DNA from: Myxococcota bacterium
GTDB lineage: Bacteria > Myxococcota > SpSt-1050
Length of the DNA: 40,438 bases
Reading direction: 5' to 3'
NCBI GenBank assembly: GCA_049969675.1
Contig: JBMFOP010000003.1
Span: forward strand, 19,295 to 59,732
Under the pieces are notes generated by a model. The model was not told the DNA's origin and did no database searches. It saw only the letters and a program-made list of their open reading frames with translations. Of the stretch, positions 8,505 through 18,163 are shown in pieces. The number at the start of each line of letters is the position of its first letter. Position 1 is the stretch's first letter. A program made the position numbers and the translations under genes.

Positions 8505-11500
8505 TCTCTCTACTACCCTTAAATCTCTCCACAAATGACTGGAAGTATGAGAATATAACCGGGACTATTATAAGTGTCAGAATTGTGGAGGTGATTAGTC
8601 CACCGATGACCGCTATAGCCATCGGAGCCCTTATCTCAGCCCCGAGTGCCCTTCCCATTGCAACAGGAAGCATTCCGAATATCATAGCGAATGTGGTCAT
8701 CAGAATAGGCCTCAATCTTATCGTTCCAGCCCTTATAATCGCCTCATTCAGGGATAAACCAGACTCCCTACCTTTAAGGGCAAAATCAATCAAAAGGATG
8801 GCATTCTTCGTGACGAGTCCCATCAGCATAATGAAACCAATCATTGTTGTAATTGATAGATTATAGCCAGTTAAAAGCAATAGTCCAATTGCTCCAATAA
8901 GGGAGAAAGGGAGTGAGAACATAATGGTAAAAGGGTGCACAAAGCTCTCAAACTGCGATGCAAGAATGAAGTAAATCATTATAATTCCCAACAGAAGTGA
9001 TTCAAAAAGTGACCTGAAATTTTCTTTCATAAAATCTGCCTGTCCTGTGAACCTGTATGTGTATCCCTGTGGAAGTTTATCTTTTAATATATTATTCAAT
9101 TCCTCAACTGCCTCACCTAATGCCTTCTGTTTTGTAAGGTTTGCAAATATCGTAACAACCCTCTGTCCAAATAATCGATTGATACTTTGAGCGGATGTCC
9201 CGGACCTTTCATCAATAATATTTCCGAGTTCAACAGGTGTCATAGCCATTGTTCGGAGTTTTAATTTCTTTAATCTATTTGTATCTTTAAGTGTGGCGTC
9301 ATCCATCTTAATCCTGATGTCATATGTATTCCCGCCTTCTTTGTATTCAGAGATTTTGTCTCCAGCGAGCATAAGTCTTAATGAAGTACCTACTGATACT
9401 GGAAGTATTCCTACCATCTCAGCTTTGCTTCTATCAATTGTGAGCGATAATTCTGGCTTTGATTCTTTGTATGAGATATCCAGATCCGTATAACCTCCGA
9501 GCCTTAACATCTCCTCCTTAATCTCTATAGCAATCTTTTTGAGCTCATTGAGGTCGTTTCCAAGGATATTTAGTTGAAGAATCGCCGCTGATGAACCTAC
9601 CTCAATTGCCTGCTTCTGTACTACAGAGATTGTTGCCTTATCGTAATCTTTGAGCTGTCTTCGTACCTCATCCATAATTTCAATCTGTCTCTTCTTCCTC
9701 TTTTCAATCGGTTTTAATTTGAGCAGAATGGAAGCGGTCTCTTTTCTCTCAAGTTTTCCACCACCTATTGTTGAAAAAATAAATTCTACATCATCTCGTT
9801 TTGAGAGAATATCTGTAATCTCTTCAACGCATCTGGTGGTATGTTCAAGTGAACTTCCAGCAGCGGTCTCAATATTTACCTGAAACTCTCCCTGATCAGT
9901 AATAGGCATCATCTCCTGTTTTAAGAAGGATGCCATATACATTGTAATGATAAATGATATGATTGCTATAGCGAGCACAAGGATTCTATTGTTGAGTGCC
10001 CAGCCTACAATCTTTCCATAAAATCTGTCCAGCCAGTCCAGTGCCTTCTCCACATTGATTGTGAAGAAGTTTCTCATTGGGAATTTCATAAATCTGGAGG
10101 AGAGCATAGGCGTTAGGGTGAATGATACAAACAGAGAGATTAGAACTGCTACAACTACGGTGATTCCGAACTGTTTCATAAATCTTCCTACCATACCGTA
10201 TGTAATTGCAACAGGTAAGAATACAGCCACAATAGAGAATGTGGTAGCCATAACAGCGAGGCCTATCTCATCAGTCGCAGTAAATGCGGCCTCCATCCTG
10301 TTTTTCTTCCTCTCAAAATGTCTGAAGATATTTTCAAGCACAACTATTGCATCATCCACCACAAGTCCCACCGATAAGGAGAGTCCCATAATGGTTAGGT
10401 AGTTTAATGTAAAGCCAAGTGCCTTTATTGCCGCAAAAGTGCCAATAATTGAGGTTGGAATTGCAATTGCTGCAATAATTGTCATCCTGATATTTCTCAA
10501 AAAGACTCCTATGATTGCAATAGCAAGGATTGCACCCAGATATAGGTCAAAGATTGCATCGTTGATTGAGTTTTCAATAAACACTGCATTGTCTGCAATT
10601 ATTTTGACCTGAACACCCTTTGGAGAGAGAGAATTAAGATCAGGAATCTTCGCCCTTATCTTCCTTGCCATCTCAACTGTATTTGTCCCGGGCTGTTTTG
10701 TTATTACGAGCGAGAGTGTACGTTTACCATCAAGAATCGCCCTTGATTTCTCCTCCTGAAGTGAATCTTCAATAGTTGCAACATCTTTTATTCTAACAAT
10801 TGAGCCATTTATGTTGGTGACCATTAGATTCTTTAACTCTTCAAGGTTATCAACTACCCCTTTGGATTTTACAGATATCTCATAGTCGCTGACTTTTATA
10901 TTTCCCGCGGGGATATCTATATTTTGAGCACCGAGTGCCCTGACTATATCTTCAATTGTGAGATTGTGTGCATTAAGTCTGTCAGCCTCCGGTCTAATCC
11001 ATATAGTTCGTTCTCTACCTCCAACTATCTCAACATTCCCAACCCCATTAACTATCTGAATCTGCTTCTTTATGACTTTGTCGGCAAACTCATATAACTC
11101 AGCCTCGGATATACCACCTTCACTGATAATTCCGAGAGAAATAACAGGCATTGCCCCCATATCCACCTTCTGAACAATTGGTGGTTCTATATCCGAAGGC
11201 AGGTCTCTCTGGATGGTGGTGATCTTATCCCTTACCTCCTGTGCAGCGACATTTATATCTTTATCAAGTTCAAATTGAATGACCACACTTGAAATATTCT
11301 GCAGACTCTGTGAACTCAGCATCTTGATGTCGCTAATCTGATTTACAGCCTCTTCAATCTTTTTGGTTACCTTGGTCTCCAGTGTCTCAGGGTCTGCCCC
11401 TCTATAAATTGTTGTAATTGTTATAATAGGGAAATCTATATTGGGGAACATATCTATGGCGAGCTTGATATATGCATATACTCCATAGGTGATGATGGCG

Positions 11501-11556
11501 AGCATCATCATTGTAGTAAAGACGGGACGTTTAATTGAAATATCTGCAAGTTTCAT
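8497..11556 (-). CDS. RND efflux transporter, inner-membrane subunit (AcrB/AcrD/AcrF family)
   Basis: 1019 aa. SIKRPV, GLVVDDAIVVLEN (proton-relay Asp pair), KNAILL, RLRPILMTT. Confidence 0.95.
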   Translation of the reverse strand: MKLADISIKRPVFTTMMMLAIITYGVYAYIKLAIDMFPNIDFPIITITTIYRGADPETLETKVTKKIEEAVNQISDIKMLSSQSLQNISSVVIQFELDKDINVAAQEVRDKITTIQRDLPSDIEPPIVQKVDMGAMPVISLGIISEGGISEAELYEFADKVIKKQIQIVNGVGNVEIVGGRERTIWIRPEADRLNAHNLTIEDIVRALGAQNIDIPAGNIKVSDYEISVKSKGVVDNLEELKNLMVTNINGSIVRIKDVATIEDSLQEEKSRAILDGKRTLSLVITKQPGTNTVEMARKIRAKIPDLNSLSPKGVQVKIIADNAVFIENSINDAIFDLYLGAILAIAIIGVFLRNIRMTIIAAIAIPTSIIGTFAAIKALGFTLNYLTIMGLSLSVGLVVDDAIVVLENIFRHFERKKNRMEAAFTATDEIGLAVMATTFSIVAVFLPVAITYGMVGRFMKQFGITVVVAVLISLFVSFTLTPMLSSRFMKFPMRNFFTINVEKALDWLDRFYGKIVGWALNNRILVLAIAIISFIITMYMASFLKQEMMPITDQGEFQVNIETAAGSSLEHTTRCVEEITDILSKRDDVEFIFSTIGGGKLERKETASILLKLKPIEKRKKRQIEIMDEVRRQLKDYDKATISVVQKQAIEVGSSAAILQLNILGNDLNELKKIAIEIKEEMLRLGGYTDLDISYKESKPELSLTIDRSKAEMVGILPVSVGTSLRLMLAGDKISEYKEGGNTYDIRIKMDDATLKDTNRLKKLKLRTMAMTPVELGNIIDERSGTSAQSINRLFGQRVVTIFANLTKQKALGEAVEELNNILKDKLPQGYTYRFTGQADFMKENFRSLFESLLLGIIMIYFILASQFESFVHPFTIMFSLPFSLIGAIGLLLLTGYNLSITTMIGFIMLMGLVTKNAILLIDFALKGRESGLSLNEAIIRAGTIRLRPILMTTFAMIFGMLPVAMGRALGAEIRAPMAIAVIGGLITSTILTLIIVPVIFSYFQSFVERFKGSRENV

Positions 11557-11565
11557 AATTAACCC

Positions 11566-12669
11566 CTATCTGTTTATAATATTTATTGGTCGCCCCTCTT
11601 TCAATATGTTGAGACCCGATGTTATAACATTGTCATCATCTGAGATACCGGAAATTATTCTTAGAGATACTGCATTTATCTCTTTATATTGAACATCTCT
11701 TGATTTTGCCATCCCATTCTGTGCCACAAATAGAGTTCCATTCCCATTTTCAGTCTTAATTAGATATTTCTTATCAATGATATAAGTATTTTTAAGTGAA
11801 TCAGAGTAAATTCTGGCATTGCCGAAGAGACCGGGCTTTAGTTTGTGATCATATTTTCTATTATCAATCTTAATAATAACCTGAGAGGACATACTCCTTG
11901 GGTCTACATCTTTTACTATCCTGTAAATCGGTTCAACTATCTTTAAATCAATATCTTTTAAGAAGATTTCAACCTTCTCACCTTCTGAAAAATTTGTCAA
12001 TTCAGATATGGGGACAGAGATCTTGAAGAGCAGATTGCTGATATCTATTATTCTAAACATAGGTGTAGGTGGCATCATATTTACACGAGTCCCTACGGAT
12101 ACGAATCTATTTGTAACATAACAATCAAAAGGCGCCCTTATATAGGTATCATCAAATCTCTTCTTTGCCATATTCAACCCATCTTCTGCCATCTTCATCT
12201 GGTTTTCAGTAATCTGATGTTTTAGTTTTAGACCCTCAAATTGGGCATCTGATATACTCTTTGATTCATATAACTTTTGAGTCCTTTCAAAGTCAATCTT
12301 GCTCTGTTCAAAGGCGAGTCTTGCTGATTCATATTGATTCTTTGCCTGTGAGAGCCCAATCTCAAATTCCTGCTGGTCAAGCATTGCAAGGAGTCCGCCC
12401 TTCTTTACAAATGAGCCCTCTTCTACATATATCTTTGCAATCACTCCGGATACTGCTGGCATTATTGTTACATCCTGCTCAGAAAATAATGTCCCTGTGT
12501 ATTCAAGATATTCCGGAGCTTTTAGATCTCTTGCCCTAACCGCTGATACAGATATTGAAGGGCTCTGGTCTTCCTGAATCTTCTCTTTCTCCCCCGGAGC
12601 ATTTTTGCAGGCCGAAAGGATAGATGTGATGATTAAGATTGTAATAAGATATTTTTTGAAAATTTTCAT
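11566..12669 (-). CDS. RND efflux periplasmic adaptor (membrane fusion protein), lipoprotein
   Basis: Lipobox LSAC, VSGVI..IYVEEG..V.KG..L, IRAPF, LKPG, G....D.VI..G. Confidence 0.93.
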   Translation of the reverse strand: MKIFKKYLITILIITSILSACKNAPGEKEKIQEDQSPSISVSAVRARDLKAPEYLEYTGTLFSEQDVTIMPAVSGVIAKIYVEEGSFVKKGGLLAMLDQQEFEIGLSQAKNQYESARLAFEQSKIDFERTQKLYESKSISDAQFEGLKLKHQITENQMKMAEDGLNMAKKRFDDTYIRAPFDCYVTNRFVSVGTRVNMMPPTPMFRIIDISNLLFKISVPISELTNFSEGEKVEIFLKDIDLKIVEPIYRIVKDVDPRSMSSQVIIKIDNRKYDHKLKPGLFGNARIYSDSLKNTYIIDKKYLIKTENGNGTLFVAQNGMAKSRDVQYKEINAVSLRIISGISDDDNVITSGLNILKEGRPINIINR

Positions 12670-14000
12670 AGGTCCTCCTTATATTCGTCAATTGCCCTTT
12701 TAAGGTTTTCAAGACTTAAGTAGTATGTATATAACGCATTTGTATAATTTATCTTAGCCGTGGTGAGCATATTCTCTGCATCCAGCACCTCAGTTGCTGT
12801 TATCTGCGCATTTTCATACTTTTTTACCGATATTCTATAAACCTCTTCGGCCAGCTCTATTGATTTTTTATTGCTTAAGAGTGCATCAAAGCTATTCTTT
12901 GCCTTATAATATGCATTCTTTACATCAAGAGTTATCCCGTCCGTCATAGCCAGAAGTCCGGCCATCCCTTTTTCTATCTCCATCTGATTTGCTTTGAGCT
13001 GGAAGTATGTACTTCCCCATTCCCAGAATGTCCAGGAGAGAGATGCCCCTATAAACCAGCTCTCCTGCTTCTGAAATGCATTTCCCCATTGTCTTGAGTA
13101 GGTAAATAGTCCTACGATGGATGGGATTAGTGTTCCAAATGTTGCCTCTTTCTTTGCACTGAGCATATCTACCCTGAGCCTTAAAGACTGTGCATCCTTC
13201 CTGTTGACTATGGCTTTATTTATACAATCCTCAAGACTTACATTAAATGGCGATGGCTCGGAAGTATAACTATCCTGAATTTCCAGATCGGCATCTTTAT
13301 CTCTACCAATAAGAATATTTATTGAGGATTTTAATATATTAATTGCCGAATCAATCTCATTGAGACCATCTTTTATTTGAGCAAGTTTTACCTCCACCTT
13401 CATAACATCGTCCTTCTGAACCATCCCATTCTTATAAAATTGCTCTGTCTTCTCTCTATAAGCCTCAATAAGCTTAATAGATGAGAGCAGATTCTCCCGA
13501 GTCTTCATAAGTTTGAGCAGATTGAAGTAGGCATCTGCTGTCTTATATCTAATCTCTCTTATCTGAACAGAGAGGTCGAGCTTTGTAGCCCTTTCATTGA
13601 GGCTGTTGAGCCTGTAGACATTATACATAGAATAGAGTGGAGTAATTGGCTGAGCGATGGTTATTGAGATGTCCTTTGTATCCTGATCCATTACATGCAT
13701 TTTATCTGGAATATTTATCCCCATATTTGCAAATTGAGGTGGAATCTGAAAGCCAAAAGAGATGTCTGTCGGTTCGTTCCAGTGCATATACTTTGCAGAT
13801 GTTGAAATCTTTGGACCCATATTTGCCAGAGCCGAGAGCTTATTATAACCAGCAATCTCTGTATCCTGTCTTGCCATCTGGACATTCTTTGAATTTTTTA
13901 TTGCCAGTTCTATAAGTTCATCAAGGGTAAATCTCTCTGCATATACAGATTTAGAAATTAGTAAGATACATAATATCCCTGATATAATATACCTCTTCAC
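12666..14000 (-). CDS. TolC family outer-membrane efflux protein
   Basis: Signal peptide, TLDELIELAIKNS, YKNG..Q.DD, ITATEVLDAE. GTG start with GGAGG RBS. First gene of the efflux operon. Confidence 0.92.
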   Translation of the reverse strand: MKRYIISGILCILLISKSVYAERFTLDELIELAIKNSKNVQMARQDTEIAGYNKLSALANMGPKISTSAKYMHWNEPTDISFGFQIPPQFANMGINIPDKMHVMDQDTKDISITIAQPITPLYSMYNVYRLNSLNERATKLDLSVQIREIRYKTADAYFNLLKLMKTRENLLSSIKLIEAYREKTEQFYKNGMVQKDDVMKVEVKLAQIKDGLNEIDSAINILKSSINILIGRDKDADLEIQDSYTSEPSPFNVSLEDCINKAIVNRKDAQSLRLRVDMLSAKKEATFGTLIPSIVGLFTYSRQWGNAFQKQESWFIGASLSWTFWEWGSTYFQLKANQMEIEKGMAGLLAMTDGITLDVKNAYYKAKNSFDALLSNKKSIELAEEVYRISVKKYENAQITATEVLDAENMLTTAKINYTNALYTYYLSLENLKRAIDEYKEDL

Positions 14001-14051
14001 AGATGACCTCCCTATGAAGTGATGATAAGCAGATGAACCTGCGAGTGCAGA

Positions 14052-14106
14052 TTAAACATCTGTTTAAAACACCTGTTTAATATAGACACATTTCAAAAAT
14101 TGTCAA
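14052..14106 (-). promoter_or_regulatory. Efflux operon promoter with tandem palindromic (probable TetR) operators
   Basis: TTGACA (14106-14101)-N16-TATATT (14084-14079). Palindromes TTAAACA-TC-TGTTTAA (14052-14067) and TAAAACA-CC-TGTTTAA (14065-14080) cover the -10/+1 region. Confidence 0.75.
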
Positions 14107-14338
14107 GCATTTTCTTAAAAATTTTTGCCATACAACAAAATTTTTTATAGATCCTTTTCAAAATTTTTATCTTTCCTCGCTGATATGTGATGAATTATGG
14201 ATCCTGAAGTATGATGGATGACAGGGTAGAAATTGGGTAAATTGTGTGAGGGGTGTTATGGAAAATAGTATAATTTGATTTGACAATACAGAAAAATATG
14301 ATTAGAAGTATCAGACCAACTTTTATAGGAGGTTTAAG

Positions 14339-15343
14339 ATGGCTATCAGAATTGGAATTAATGGTTTTGGAAGAATTGGGAGGTGTGTGGCAAGGATTGT
14401 TATGGAGAATAAAGATGTGGAGATTGTAGCAGTAAATGATATCACCGATGCAAAGACTCTCGCCCATCTACTCAAGTATGATTCTGTGCATGGGACTCTT
14501 AATTATGAAGTTAAGGATGAGGGAAATACAATTATTGTAGGGGATAGAAAGATAGAGGTTCTCTCTGTTAAAAATCCAGATGAACTCCCATGGAAGGATA
14601 AAAAAGTTGATATAGTAATTGAATCCACAGGTAAGTTCCTTTCCAGAGAGGATGCCTCAAAGCATCTAAATGCCGGAGCCAAAAAGGTCATTCTATCTGC
14701 GCCACCCAAGGATAAAGATATTCCAACCTTTGTCTTTGGAGTAAATCATACGAAATATGAAAAGTCTATGGACATTTTCTCCAATGCAAGTTGTACCACA
14801 AATTGTCTCGCTCCGGTAGCAAAGGTTTTAAATGATAATTTTAAGATAATTAAAGGGTATATGACCACCATCCATGCATATACAAACGACCAGAGGATTC
14901 TGGACCTTCCACATAAGGACCTCAGAAGGGCAAGGGCGGCGGCTATGTCTATGATTCCAACAACGACGGGTGCTGCCAAGGCAGTCGGGATGGTCCTCCC
15001 TGAACTGAAAGGGAAACTTGATGGTGTTGCTATAAGGGTTCCAACTCCGAATGTCTCTCTGGTAGACCTCTCTGTCATAGTTGAGAAGAATACTACAAGG
15101 GATGAGGTAAATGCTGCACTGAAGAAGGCATCCGAAGGAGAACTAAAGGGTGTCCTGTATTACTGTGATCTCCCACTTGTATCCATTGATTTTAATCACT
15201 TCCCGATTCCGTCCATTCTGGATTCGTTGAGTACAGCAGTGATTGATGGGAATCTGGTTAAGGTCTTTAGCTGGTATGATAATGAGTGGGGTTATTCAAA
15301 TCAACTTGTTAAGATGATGGAATATGTAGCTGCTCATATGTAA
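14339..15343 (+). CDS. gap: Type I glyceraldehyde-3-phosphate dehydrogenase
   Basis: GINGFGRIGR, SNASCTTNCLAP, SWYDNEWGYS. Confidence 0.98.
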   Translation: MAIRIGINGFGRIGRCVARIVMENKDVEIVAVNDITDAKTLAHLLKYDSVHGTLNYEVKDEGNTIIVGDRKIEVLSVKNPDELPWKDKKVDIVIESTGKFLSREDASKHLNAGAKKVILSAPPKDKDIPTFVFGVNHTKYEKSMDIFSNASCTTNCLAPVAKVLNDNFKIIKGYMTTIHAYTNDQRILDLPHKDLRRARAAAMSMIPTTTGAAKAVGMVLPELKGKLDGVAIRVPTPNVSLVDLSVIVEKNTTRDEVNAALKKASEGELKGVLYYCDLPLVSIDFNHFPIPSILDSLSTAVIDGNLVKVFSWYDNEWGYSNQLVKMMEYVAAHM

Positions 15344-15367
15344 TCTCAATCCAATGAGGAGTCTGTT

Positions 15368-16546
15368 ATGAAAGTTCGTTCAATTGAATCATTGAATCTA
15401 ACATCAAAAAGGGTATTTATCAGAGTAGATTTTAATGTCCCTGTAAAAGATGGTGTTGTAAAGAATGATAAGAGAATAAGGGCTGCACTTGAGACTATAA
15501 ATTATGTCCTGAATAAGAATGGGAAGGTAATCCTTGCCAGTCATCTCGGGAGACCGAAGGGCGGTTTTGAGCAGAAGTATTCAATGTTGCCTGTGGGCGA
15601 GAGATTAAGGGAGTTGTTAAAAAGAGATATAAAGGTTGCTGATGATTGCATCGGAGATGGAGTAAAGAAGCTGGTATCCGATATGAAGGATGGAGATATA
15701 CTTCTATTGGAGAATCTGAGATTTCACAAAGAGGAAGAGGCAAATGACGAGGGATTTGCAAGGGAACTTGCCTCGCTCTGCGATGTATATATCAATGACG
15801 CCTTTGGAACTGCACATCGTGCTCACGCCTCAACAGAGGGGATGGCCCATTTCGTGAATGAGAAGGCAGCCGGATTTCTGATGATGAAAGAGGTGGAGAA
15901 TCTAAGTAAGGTTCTTCTCAGTCCAGAGAGGCCATTTGTTACAATTCTCGGTGGTGCCAAGGTCTCGGATAAGATAAATGTAATCACCAATCTGATGAAG
16001 AAAGTTGATATATTCATCATTGGTGGTGCTATGGCTTATACCTTCCTTAAGAGTCAGGGCTATAGAGTAGGGAAATCTCTTGTGGAGGATGATAGGATGG
16101 ATGTTGCAAAGGAGATTCTGGAAGGCGCAAAGAAGATGGGAGTGCAGATTCTCCTGCCCGAAGACCATATCGTTGCAAGAGATGAAAACAGTGAGCCATA
16201 CACAACCCCATCTGTAAATATTGATGATGATATGATAGGGTACGACATCGGTCCAAAAACCATAAAGAGATTCACAGATGCCCTCAAGGTTGCAAAGACG
16301 GTATTTTTCAATGGGCCGAACGGACTCTTTGAAAATCCAAAATTCGCAAATGGTACTTTTGAGATAATAAAGGCGGTTGCTGGACTTGGCGATGCCATAA
16401 CTGTTGCGGGTGGTGGAGATACAGTGTCTGCAATTGAGCAATTGAAACTTGAAGAGAAATTTACACATATCTCAACTGGTGGTGGTGCCTCACTGGAGTT
16501 TATGGAGGGGAAGGAACTGCCCGGTATAAAGATTCTGGAGGAATAG
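15368..16546 (+). CDS. pgk: Phosphoglycerate kinase
   Basis: RVDFNVP, SHLGRP, LLENLRF, NDAFGTAHRAHAS, STGGGASLE. Confidence 0.98.
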   Translation: MKVRSIESLNLTSKRVFIRVDFNVPVKDGVVKNDKRIRAALETINYVLNKNGKVILASHLGRPKGGFEQKYSMLPVGERLRELLKRDIKVADDCIGDGVKKLVSDMKDGDILLLENLRFHKEEEANDEGFARELASLCDVYINDAFGTAHRAHASTEGMAHFVNEKAAGFLMMKEVENLSKVLLSPERPFVTILGGAKVSDKINVITNLMKKVDIFIIGGAMAYTFLKSQGYRVGKSLVEDDRMDVAKEILEGAKKMGVQILLPEDHIVARDENSEPYTTPSVNIDDDMIGYDIGPKTIKRFTDALKVAKTVFFNGPNGLFENPKFANGTFEIIKAVAGLGDAITVAGGGDTVSAIEQLKLEEKFTHISTGGGASLEFMEGKELPGIKILEE

Positions 16547-16552
16547 AGCGAG

Positions 16553-17320
16553 ATGGAGAAGAATAGAAAGACCCTTATTGCCGGCAATTTTAAGATGTAC
16601 CTCAATAAAGAAGAAGTTGCTAAACTTGCAAAAAGTATCTCAGAATTTGTTGAACAGAAGAAGTATAATGATAGGGAGGTCTTAATTGTACCTCCATTCC
16701 CATACCTTATAACTGCTGTCGACTCAGTAAATCCATCATTTGTCCATATTGGGGCGCAGAATCTATATTTTGAGAAAGAGGGTGCATTTACAGGAGAGGT
16801 ATCTCCCCTGATGATTAAGGATACAGGTTCCAGTTATGTGATTATTGGTCATTCTGAGCGCAGAAAGTATTTCTTTGAGACAGAGGAGTTGCTCAGGAAG
16901 AAGATACTTGCCGCAATAAATACAGGATTGGTCCCGATCTATTGTGTGGGAGAGAAGATTGAGGACAGAAATAATAATAGGCATTTTGATGTGGTAAAGA
17001 GGCAGATTGAAGAGGCATTAAGAGATGTATCTTTTAAGTATGATAGTCTGGTGATCGCTTATGAACCGGTCTGGGCTATAGGTACTGGAGTAAATGCAAC
17101 ACCGGAGCAGGCGGAAGAGATGCATAGATATATCAGAGGACTCATCAGTGATATCAGGGATAAGACGACATCTGAAAAGATTACTATACTTTATGGTGGT
17201 TCTGTTAAACCAGACAATATAGATAGTCTGATGAAGATGGAGAATATAGATGGTGCACTTGTAGGGGGGGCAAGCCTAAAGGCAGAGCAGTTTACAAGAA
17301 TAATTGATTACAGGATTTAG
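16553..17320 (+). CDS. tpiA: Triosephosphate isomerase
   Basis: IAGNFKM, IGHSERR, IAYEPVWAIGTG, LYGGSVK, LVGGASL. Confidence 0.98.
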   Translation: MEKNRKTLIAGNFKMYLNKEEVAKLAKSISEFVEQKKYNDREVLIVPPFPYLITAVDSVNPSFVHIGAQNLYFEKEGAFTGEVSPLMIKDTGSSYVIIGHSERRKYFFETEELLRKKILAAINTGLVPIYCVGEKIEDRNNNRHFDVVKRQIEEALRDVSFKYDSLVIAYEPVWAIGTGVNATPEQAEEMHRYIRGLISDIRDKTTSEKITILYGGSVKPDNIDSLMKMENIDGALVGGASLKAEQFTRIIDYRI

Positions 17321-17331
17321 AGGAGAATATT

Positions 17332-17721
17332 ATGGTGACACTTATTACAATTGTCCATGTTTTGGTGGGAATATTTTTAATTCTGGTGGTCCTCTTACAG
17401 GGCGGTAAGGGGGCTGGACTGGGGGCCGCATTTGGTGGCTCCTCACAGACAGTATTTGGTGCATCAGGCGCAACCTCTTTTCTCGCAAAGATGACCGCTA
17501 TCGCGGCTGCTCTGTTTGTTATCACCTCTATCAGCCTCTCTTATTTCAGTTCCAAAAGTGATTCTGCCCTCGCAAAATATAGTACAAAGAAGGCTGTAAA
17601 GGTGGAGAAGACCGAAGGACAGTCAAAGATGCCGTCTTTAGACGGAGGGCTTAATGTGGGCAGTGCCCCTGTGGATGCCTCCTCTATTCAGGAGACGGAT
17701 GACAGTTCAGATAAAAAATGA
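17332..17721 (+). CDS. secG: Preprotein translocase subunit SecG
   Basis: VLLQGGKGAGLGAAFGGSSQTVFG...FL.K.T. Canonical position after tpiA. Confidence 0.95.
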   Translation: MVTLITIVHVLVGIFLILVVLLQGGKGAGLGAAFGGSSQTVFGASGATSFLAKMTAIAAALFVITSISLSYFSSKSDSALAKYSTKKAVKVEKTEGQSKMPSLDGGLNVGSAPVDASSIQETDDSSDKK

Positions 17722-17782
17722 TGCAATTTTTTGGTAATTATGTTATTTAATTATTGTATAACTACTTTCAAGGAGTGCTACT

Positions 17783-18151
17783 GTGATTAACAAGAGAGAT
17801 ATTGAAAAGATAAGGAAGATTTTATTGGCACAGAAGGAAGAGTTAATTAAGAAGACTCAGGATACGATGAGAGATGAGAGTGAGTTTGATAAAGATGACC
17901 TCCCTGACGAGATAGACCATGCATCTTTTGAATACAATCAGTCTCTTACCCTGAGATTGAGAGACCGTGAGCAATATCTCCTGAATAAGATTGTAAAGGC
18001 ACTAAAGAGGATTGATGAAGGTACATACGGAGTTTGTGAGTCCTGTGGAGAGGATATAGATGTAAAACGTCTGATGGCAAGACCTGTTGCAACTCTATGT
18101 ATTAAATGCAAAGAGGAACAGGAGAAGAGAGAGAAGATACAAGAGGGCTGA
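17783..18151 (+). CDS. dksA: RNA polymerase-binding protein DksA (TraR/DksA C4 zinc finger)
   Basis: Coiled-coil tip DEIDHA (DxxDxA), YGVCESCGEDI..RL.ARP.ATLCIKCK. Confidence 0.9.
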   Translation: MINKRDIEKIRKILLAQKEELIKKTQDTMRDESEFDKDDLPDEIDHASFEYNQSLTLRLRDREQYLLNKIVKALKRIDEGTYGVCESCGEDIDVKRLMARPVATLCIKCKEEQEKREKIQEG

Positions 18152-18163
18152 GATAGCAAAGCA

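Noticed and set aside
7681..14000. Efflux operon as a tRNA-anchored genomic island
   Set aside because: It lies on the 5' side of the tRNA. No integrase or duplicated tRNA 3' end was seen.
15495..16984. Long antisense ORFs over pgk/tpiA (e.g. 15902-16468, 16060-16605), and similar ones over rpoD, nrdJ, arcE and the RND gene
   Set aside because: Shadow frames of well-conserved genes, with no motifs or RBS.
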